Shown here in pieces: positions 57,931 through 64,000 of a stretch of 64,000 nt of DNA. The DNA is taken from NCBI GenBank assembly GCA_016871805.1, contig VHCG01000001.1:129562-193561 (forward strand). The letters run 5' to 3'. Each line of letters begins with the position of its first letter. The first letter of the stretch is position 1. The notes beneath the pieces were generated by a model that did no database searches, was not told the origin of the DNA, and worked only from the letters and a program-made list of their open reading frames with translations. This DNA comes from Verrucomicrobiota bacterium. GTDB taxonomy: Bacteria; Verrucomicrobiota; Verrucomicrobiia; Limisphaerales; UBA9464. Made by a program: the position numbers and the translations under genes.

Positions 57931-58220
57931 GTTCGGAGGTGAATCTCTACGTTTTGAATGGGGTTTCAGACCCATTCCCTGCGGTGACTGTCCACCAAGG
58001 AGCGGCCCTCGGGCAACGCGTTTTCCTCAAGGGCGCGGGATTCCGATCCGGCAATTGGTACCCCAGAGCGGTTCCCACAGGACTGAGATTTCTCATCCGT
58101 GAGAGGCACAGGAGATGCTCCATCGATTTGGTACGAATCGACTCGCAGATCCGAGAAAACCCACCCGCCTGGACCCTCATCAAAACCATCCGTCGACTCA
58201 TGCTCCGCTCCGGTCCCCCC

Positions 58221-58964
58221 ATGAAACGCCCCCCGAATCCCCGGTCCAGTCTGCTGCTGATCCCGGTCCTCGCATCCTTGTGTACCTCATCGGCCCTCGG
58301 AGCCACCGGATCGATCGTCCTGGAAAGCAACCAGAACCCGCTGGATGGGTCCCTGAGAAATGGGGGCTCTCCGATAGGGAACGGAGACATCAAAGTTCTG
58401 CCGTTCACGTCCGGCACCAGCGGATTGGAGCTGACCTCCGTGTAACTCGGACTGCTTCACACCTCCGTGGTTCAATCCGTCCAGGTGCCGGATGGAAACT
58501 ACCAGATCAACTTCAACCTGTATTCGGCCTCCAACACAGGAGCACCCCAGTCCCTCCTCTACTCCACCTCGTTCACGCCATACCTCACCGCCGTCTCGAC
58601 CTGGTTCACCCTACCCATTTCCTACACCCTGACCCCTTCGACCTCCTACGCCTTTGGGCTCACCGCACCGGGTGTCGGCACCAACACCTGGGTGAAGTGG
58701 TCGAATACGAGCAATTCCATTTGGCCTCCCATTGGCTTCCAAGGGTACGCCGGCATCGGAATCACAGATTCCGGCTCCTCATATTCGTACGATGGCACGA
58801 ATTGGAGCTGGGTGAGTGTCACTGCCAACAACGCCTTCAAGCTCTATGCGGTCCAGACGATCCCGGAATCCCGAGGCGCGGTCCTGTCGGACCTGGGCCT
58901 GGCCGCCTTTGGACTCTACCAGCTTCGGCGGCGTCGGAACGCGTCACCCCGCCAGGATCCCTGA
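58221..58964 (+). pseudogene. PEP-CTERM-anchored secreted protein split by an in-frame TAA (58443-58445)
   Basis: One frame reads MKRPPNPRSSLLLIPVLASLCTSSALG (signal peptide)...GLELTSV*LGLLHTSVVQSVQVPDGNYQINF...TIPESRGAVLSDLGLAAFGLYQLRRRR (PEP-CTERM-like tail). The signal peptide and the sorting tail end up on different ORFs (57915..58445 and 58467..58964, same frame). Confidence 0.7.
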
Positions 58965-58999
58965 TCGGCGACGCGGAGCCCGGCAGGGGCCGCCGCGGC

Positions 59000-60166
59000 T
59001 CATGGCTCCCGGAACGACAGCACCTGTTGGAGGATCCGAAGCTGCCGCTCCGGGTCGCTGACCTCGGTGGCGCGGGAAGGTCCTCGTTGGCCTAGATTCC
59101 GCCGCAGGATCGGATCGGTGACCAATCTCCGGAGGGCCGAGGCCACCTCCTCGACGTCGCCAGGTGGGGTGAGGATTCCGCAGGAGGCATCGACGATCTC
59201 GGCGCCGCCCCCGAAGTTGGAGGTGACGACCGGCCGACCGGCGTGGAGGGCCTCGACAAAGGCGATGCCGAACGGCTCGGGTCCGGTGTTGGGCTGGCAG
59301 TGGATGTCGGCCGCGGCGAACAGCCGGTCCACGTCCCGGCGCTGGCCCAGGAAGCGGATGCGGTCCGCGATGCCCAGCGCCGCGGCCCGATCCTGCATCT
59401 CCTGGAAGAACTGCCGCTCCCGTTCCAGCTGGGCCCCACCGGCGATCCATGCCACCCAGCCGGGCAGATCCCGGAGACGCCCCAGCGCCTCCACATGGAC
59501 CCGCAACCCCTTCCACTCCTCCATCCGACTCGCCTGGAGGATCACCACGGCATCCTCGGCCGTGCGGAGTTCCACCCGGGTGTCGCGCCGCACGGTCCCC
59601 GACCCGGACGGTCGCATGGACTCCACCGGACAATGACAGATCCCGACCGGAACCCCCGGATACAACCGGTCGGCGCTCGCCGCCACGAACCGGCTGTTGG
59701 CGACCAGCAGGTCGACCGGCGTCCTCCGCGCCCAGCGCGCCAGCCACGACCCGGGCTCGAGCGGATTGTGGAGGAAGTGGACGAACCTCGGGATCCGGCG
59801 TCGGACAACCGGTCCGAACATCGCCTGCTGCCAGTTGCCGTGGGCCACCGCCACATCGAATTCCTCCCGCGCCAGGATCCGATCCAGCTCCCGCCGGGCG
59901 TTCAAGATCGTCCAGGGATTCCGGATCCGGACCTCCGGGACCCGATGCACGCGACCTCCGGCGGCGCGGAGCTCGTCCTCGAACCGCCCCCGGAAACAGA
60001 GCAGGAACTCCGAGTCCATCCCGGGGCACCGCTCCCGGTTCCGGACCATCGTCATCAGCATGGTCTCGATGCCGCCGTAGAGATTCCCCGAGCACAGGTG
60101 CAGCACGCGAAGCGGTCGGTCCCCGGGGACAGGGACTGTGGACGGGATGGGGGGCGGGCGGTGCAC
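59000..60166 (-). CDS. Glycosyltransferase family 4 (GT-B, group 1)
   Basis: LRVLHLCSGNLYGGIE at the N-terminus; the C-terminal EX7E region is EPFGIAFVEALHAGRPVVTSNFGGGAEIV. Confidence 0.85.
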   Translation of the reverse strand: MHRPPPIPSTVPVPGDRPLRVLHLCSGNLYGGIETMLMTMVRNRERCPGMDSEFLLCFRGRFEDELRAAGGRVHRVPEVRIRNPWTILNARRELDRILAREEFDVAVAHGNWQQAMFGPVVRRRIPRFVHFLHNPLEPGSWLARWARRTPVDLLVANSRFVAASADRLYPGVPVGICHCPVESMRPSGSGTVRRDTRVELRTAEDAVVILQASRMEEWKGLRVHVEALGRLRDLPGWVAWIAGGAQLERERQFFQEMQDRAAALGIADRIRFLGQRRDVDRLFAAADIHCQPNTGPEPFGIAFVEALHAGRPVVTSNFGGGAEIVDASCGILTPPGDVEEVASALRRLVTDPILRRNLGQRGPSRATEVSDPERQLRILQQVLSFREP

Positions 60167-60283
60167 GGCGAAGGGCTGGATCGAACCGCTTCAGACTGTT
60201 TGGGCCGGAAATCCCAAAGCAAGCCTCCACTGGTCGTCCACGGCCCGTCCGGAAGGGTTCACGATCCGGAACCCCAGGGGACC

Positions 60284-61216
60284 TCAGGCCCGGAGCGTCA
60301 GCACCGTCGTGGTTGCCAGCAACGCCCCGAACACGGCCCACGCCAGCCTCCGCACGGCAGGCCCGAACCGACCTGGGAGACACACCGCCAGTCCACCGAC
60401 GATCACGCCACCGAGGAACCCGCCGAGGTGCGCCAGCCGGTCCGAGTCGGGATCGGTCCCCAGCAGGATGAACAGCAGGGCGCCGGTTCCCAACGTGGAG
60501 ACCACCCGGCGGTTGCCGCGTCGGCCTCGACGCCACAGCGGGATGGCCTGCGCCGCCAGCATCCCGAGCGCGGCCAGGACGAATCCCGAGGCCCCCAGAC
60601 CGCGATACGGATCCGATCGGATCGTCATCGCGAACACATTCGCCGCCGCCCCCGCGAGGAAGCAGCCGGACAACGTCACGCCCAGACCAAACCGCGCAGT
60701 CGCCAGGCCCAGGAAGACCAGACCCATCACGAGGTTCGAGGCGAGATGGGCGACATCCCGGTGAAGCCATTCCGCCGTGAACGCCCGCCACCATTCGCCC
60801 GCACGGAACCGTTCGGTATCGAACGCCGCCGACTCCACGGGACCCCCGGTCCAGGCAAAGACGAACGCCACCGCCAGCGCCCAGAAGACCACCCGCCCAT
60901 CGAACCAGTAGTCCGACCCCGGCACCTCGTGCCGCCACTCGAAGCCCCGGTTCTCGCGGAGATACTCCCGCAGGACATCCCGCGCCCGGCCCGCATCCGC
61001 ATCCGCCAGCCGCAGCTGCCACCGGGCCGTCGCCGGATCGCGATCCAGGAACACCTCGATGCCCTGGCTTGCCAGCACCAGCGACCAATCCATGGCCTGA
61101 CGCTCCGTCCGGGCCGGAATCGAAGCGGGCAGCAGCTGGGTCGGGGTCACCCGAAGACTCTCCATGAGGGAGGGACCCGGGGCAAATTTCCGTTCAGACC
61201 GATCCTCCCGCGCCAT
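60284..61216 (-). CDS. Rhomboid family intramembrane serine protease with an N-terminal cytoplasmic domain
   Basis: WWRAFTAEWLH; catalytic GLGASGFVLAALG; AHLGGFLGGV. The longest ORF starts at 61216, overlapping the upstream gene by 23 nt. The alternative ATG 61165 leaves a 28-nt gap. Confidence 0.85.
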   Translation of the reverse strand: MAREDRSERKFAPGPSLMESLRVTPTQLLPASIPARTERQAMDWSLVLASQGIEVFLDRDPATARWQLRLADADAGRARDVLREYLRENRGFEWRHEVPGSDYWFDGRVVFWALAVAFVFAWTGGPVESAAFDTERFRAGEWWRAFTAEWLHRDVAHLASNLVMGLVFLGLATARFGLGVTLSGCFLAGAAANVFAMTIRSDPYRGLGASGFVLAALGMLAAQAIPLWRRGRRGNRRVVSTLGTGALLFILLGTDPDSDRLAHLGGFLGGVIVGGLAVCLPGRFGPAVRRLAWAVFGALLATTTVLTLRA

Positions 61217-63887
61217 TCCGACCGCGATGCCGCCCGATCACCGCCAGCAGCCCCAGCCCCAGGGCCATCAGCATCCAGGTCTGCGGTTCCGGCACCACCT
61301 GAGGCGTCGTCAACGGATCGACCGGCTTCAGCCCCGCCGCGGCATACTGGGCCCGGGTCTCCAGGACCACCGCCCCGCTGACCGGGGTCACGAGTTGCCA
61401 TCGACCCGCCCACTCGACCGCATCGGCCACCCGCCGTTGACCCGCCAGGTCCAGGATATGGTCCCGCGCCCACAGCCGAACCAGATGACGGGAGCCGCGG
61501 GCCTCGACATCCGGGGCCGTGCCCACCCGCTCCCGACGCCACTCCCGCCCGCCCTGCACGCCACCCATCCGGTCGAGACACCGTGCCAGATCCGCCTCGA
61601 GTCCCCCGATCCGAGGCCAGACCTGGAGGGCCGGACGCGACCCCAGCCCCTTCGTCACAAGATTGGGTCCTGGACGGAGCTCGAAATCGATCAGGGAGGC
61701 CCGACGATCCCCGAGTCGATCCATCGACTGAAGCCACGAGGCCGTGTCGCCGAGCAGGACCGGCACGGGACCATGGATCCAGAGAACCCGTCCGTCCTGG
61801 GATCCCGTGACCCAGGTCCAGGCCTCCTCGAGGGCCGGGATCGGGTCCTGCCCTCCGACGAAGGGCGGGGAATTCCAGACGAAGCGGTCCATCGGGTTCG
61901 TGGCCGCCCGGTAGGGGCCCTCCAACACCTCCGCCACCCGATGGACCCCGTCGGACGCCACATAGACCCGGAGATCGCCACGGGCCGTGGAGGCACCGAG
62001 CCCCTTCCGTATCGCCTCCCAGGCCTCTCGTCCGTCGACGCCACCGTCCACCACGATCGCAAGACGCCCCGGCGCCAGGGGAGGACGGTCGACCAGGGTC
62101 TGCCGCACCCAACCCGTCGGGGTGGACCGGTCGTCCACCGCCCACGCGCTGGGACGTGGGGCGGGGTCCACGGCAAAGGCGATCGGGTCGAATCCGTCGG
62201 ACACGAGGGACTGCTTGAGGCGGCTCCTCAGGACCTCTGGTTTTGAGGCCTCGGCGAACGCGCCACTGGGAACGCGCGCAGGCGCCTGGCCGCCCTCCAG
62301 CCAGAGGTGATGCTCGAGCGCGGGGTCGATCCGGAAGTTCCGTTCCGTGAAGCGGGGCCAGGTGCACTCAAGCTCCCCGGTGCCGACCGGCAGGAGCGGC
62401 GCAGTGATGCCCAGACGCACCTTCATGGTCCCGCCCCGAGGCTCGATCGGGAAACACTGCATCAGAACGCGGTCGGGGCCGGAGGTCGTGACCAGGATCG
62501 GATCCCGTCGCTGGGCCACCGCCACCTGCTGGTACGCCGCACGGGTCTCGCCGCGCCCGGCGAAGGCCGCCTCCCGTTCCTCGTCATGCACCCACAAGGT
62601 GACCCGCGAGACGACACCACCGGGCGGCAGCTGGATCTCGGCCCGCGCCTCCCGCTGGCGGCTGTCGTTGTCGTTCTGGAACTCGAGGGTCCACTCCACG
62701 TACTCCCACCCGTCGGGCACGGACACCTGGCCATCCAACCGCGAGGAGCGGAGGGAAAGCCCGGACACCTGGCCCGCCACCGTCTCGCCACCCAGGGACC
62801 GATCCCACTCGAAATCCGACAGGACCTGCCGTCCCACGCCCCATTGCTGGTTGAGCGGGGGTCGGACCGCATTGAAGGGTTGGCCCGTCACCTGGAAATA
62901 GACCTGCTGCACGGCCTCGGCAGCCGCAGGCCGCCGGTCCAGGAGATTGTCCCAGATCGAGACCCGGCGACCGTAGCAAGCCCTCAGGAGGACGTCGGAA
63001 TCCCCCCAGGATCGGAGTCGCTGGATGGCCTGGAATCGCTCCCCTTGGGAGTCGCCATGAACCGCGGTCCGAATCAGCTCCTCGGTCAGGAACCCCGGCA
63101 ACGCCGCCAGGCCCAGTGCTGCCACGACACCCCACGACAGCACCCACGCCCACCGGGGCCATGGGTGGCCGTTCTCCCTCGCCTCAATCCGCGCACGGCG
63201 CCAGAGGATCCACCCGACGATCCACGCGAGGAGCGGCGTCAGCGGAATCAACCCGAGACCGAAGTACAGGACTCCCACCAACGCGACGGGATAGGCCGGC
63301 GCAAAGGCGGCCGCGTACGCTCCGGAAACCCCAAGGGCCACGGCCAGGAGCCACGGATAGAATCCGGGTGCGGAGCCTGGCCGACGGAACCGGAACCACA
63401 GGCCGAGCGCATACACCGCAGGCACCAGGAGCAGAAGGATTCCGTGGAAGGGCGTCGGAATCGGATCGGTCAGCTCCAGCGCCGAGAGACGTTGGGTCCA
63501 CTCGAGGCCGATCGTCCCCAGCGGCAGCAGCACGCCGAACAGGCCCAGCAAGATCTCCACCGAGGTTCTCTGGAAACCGGATCGGGGAGGATCCGAAGGC
63601 ACCCCGGGGAAAGTCGGCGGTGCCGGGTCGGCGATCGCACCCGTCCCGTCACCCGATTCCCCCCCCGTCGGCTCCTCCAGCAGCATCGGATCCACGCGGG
63701 CCAGCAGACGCCGGACATCCACCTCGGTCACCACGGTGAGTCCCTGCGCCGCCGCCTCCTGCATCACATGCTCCCGGAGGTCCGACATCACCTCATCCGC
63801 CTCCGCACCGTCGGCCTCGAATCGACGGCGATGGGCACGGAGACGCTCCTCGAGGAAGTCCCGCGCCGGGGTCGTCCAGGAGGTCAC
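61194..63887 (-). CDS. HAAS/DUF1700-like N-terminal module + ~6 TM + VIT-like/vWA-like region + C-terminal PEP-CTERM sorting signal
   Basis: The GTG start overlaps the padR stop (GTGA). N-terminus ARDFLEERLRAHRRRFEADGAEADEVMSDLREHVMQEAAAQG. Hydrophobic helices span residues ~120-300. VIT-like segment EARAEIQLPPGGVVSRVTLWVHDEEREAAFAGRGETRAAYQQV...MKVRLGITAPL. The tail is VPEPQTWMLMALGLGLLAVIGRHRGR. Confidence 0.75.
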   Translation of the reverse strand: MTSWTTPARDFLEERLRAHRRRFEADGAEADEVMSDLREHVMQEAAAQGLTVVTEVDVRRLLARVDPMLLEEPTGGESGDGTGAIADPAPPTFPGVPSDPPRSGFQRTSVEILLGLFGVLLPLGTIGLEWTQRLSALELTDPIPTPFHGILLLLVPAVYALGLWFRFRRPGSAPGFYPWLLAVALGVSGAYAAAFAPAYPVALVGVLYFGLGLIPLTPLLAWIVGWILWRRARIEARENGHPWPRWAWVLSWGVVAALGLAALPGFLTEELIRTAVHGDSQGERFQAIQRLRSWGDSDVLLRACYGRRVSIWDNLLDRRPAAAEAVQQVYFQVTGQPFNAVRPPLNQQWGVGRQVLSDFEWDRSLGGETVAGQVSGLSLRSSRLDGQVSVPDGWEYVEWTLEFQNDNDSRQREARAEIQLPPGGVVSRVTLWVHDEEREAAFAGRGETRAAYQQVAVAQRRDPILVTTSGPDRVLMQCFPIEPRGGTMKVRLGITAPLLPVGTGELECTWPRFTERNFRIDPALEHHLWLEGGQAPARVPSGAFAEASKPEVLRSRLKQSLVSDGFDPIAFAVDPAPRPSAWAVDDRSTPTGWVRQTLVDRPPLAPGRLAIVVDGGVDGREAWEAIRKGLGASTARGDLRVYVASDGVHRVAEVLEGPYRAATNPMDRFVWNSPPFVGGQDPIPALEEAWTWVTGSQDGRVLWIHGPVPVLLGDTASWLQSMDRLGDRRASLIDFELRPGPNLVTKGLGSRPALQVWPRIGGLEADLARCLDRMGGVQGGREWRRERVGTAPDVEARGSRHLVRLWARDHILDLAGQRRVADAVEWAGRWQLVTPVSGAVVLETRAQYAAAGLKPVDPLTTPQVVPEPQTWMLMALGLGLLAVIGRHRGRNGAGGSV

Positions 63888-64000
63888 TCGGCACCTCCCA
63901 CCTTCTGTGCGCTGTCATGCATCGTCTCGATGTAGGCGTTCATGGTCTTGAGTGTCCGACGCCCCTCGGGGGTGAGGGCGTAGTATTTGCGGGCCGGACC
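63884..64000 (-). CDS. PadR family transcriptional regulator (C-terminal part; 5' end off window)
   Basis: Manual translation gives GPARKYYALTPEGRRTLKTMNAYIETMHDSAQKVGGAE*. RKYY.LT..GR is the PadR wing signature. Confidence 0.75.
   Translation of the reverse strand, partial: GPARKYYALTPEGRRTLKTMNAYIETMHDSAQKVGGAE

Noticed and set aside
57931-58220. SAM or other sulfur-sensing riboswitch in the 5' leader of the sulfite reductase operon
   Set aside because: I read the minus-strand leader and found only a loose GGTACCAATTGCC resemblance to the SAM-I GGTGCCAATTCC element. The AGGGA/GCCC core and paired helices were not present, so the evidence is insufficient.
39836-58445. Stop-codon reassignment, selenocysteine/pyrrolysine, or programmed readthrough explaining the in-frame TGA/TAG/TAA codons
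   Set aside because: All three stop codons are involved, and the same codons terminate every conserved housekeeping gene here at the expected length. I saw no SECIS-like hairpin after the TGA, and the affected genes also carry frameshifts. Pseudogenisation or consensus error is the simpler reading.
60284-61216. Rhombosortase / GlyGly-CTERM sorting system
   Set aside because: The adjacent substrates end in PEP-CTERM-type tails (VPEP...RHR, IPES...RRRR), not GlyGly-CTERM. The rhomboid looks like a generic GlpG-type enzyme with an N-terminal cytoplasmic domain.

Overview
This is a GC-rich bacterial chromosome segment. Its gene content looks Verrucomicrobiota/PVC-like: H-X9-DG prepilin-like proteins, PEP-CTERM tails, lamin-tail, DUF1080 and LamG secreted proteins, and an ECF sigma/Ser-Thr kinase-FGE module. 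I ran no searches; all calls come from reading the translated ORFs and the DNA. About 45 protein genes are supportable, and most of the long R/G/P-rich ORFs in the track are antisense shadows of them.

Housekeeping genes:
- xylB, pheT, glnS, and the fabG-acpP-fabF cluster
- an OPT transporter, a CBS-type pyrophosphatase and parA
- a DUF4912 + GH57 glycogen-related pair
- a minus-strand sulfate assimilation operon (sulfite reductase, cysH, cysD, cysN) followed by a coupled radical-SAM/PLP-decarboxylase pair and two tandem porin paralogs
- a 1137-aa protein that I tentatively read as a PPi-type PEP carboxykinase

Accessory content:
- a secreted-protein island at 32.5-39.7 kb (3x LTD, DUF1080, cupin, LamG giant, FGE)
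- a decayed ECF-sigma/kinase-FGE module carrying four in-frame stops and a poly-C frameshift
- a split PEP-CTERM gene and a triple-lesion H-X9-DG pseudogene
- a padR/HAAS-like multipass VIT-PEP-CTERM protein/rhomboid operon at the right edge, which is the most unusual architecture in the window

Non-coding structure:
- a MITE-like repeat family with 36-bp terminal inverted repeats (two ~0.4-kb copies plus one solo end), each just upstream of a secreted-protein gene and carrying a conserved palindrome
- a 17-18-bp tandem array upstream of pheT
- a ~47-bp hairpin repeat at two loci

I found no rRNA, tRNA, CRISPR array, transposase or phage genes. Start codons that I moved relative to the track are by-eye choices (signal peptides, conserved N-termini, overlaps) and may be off.
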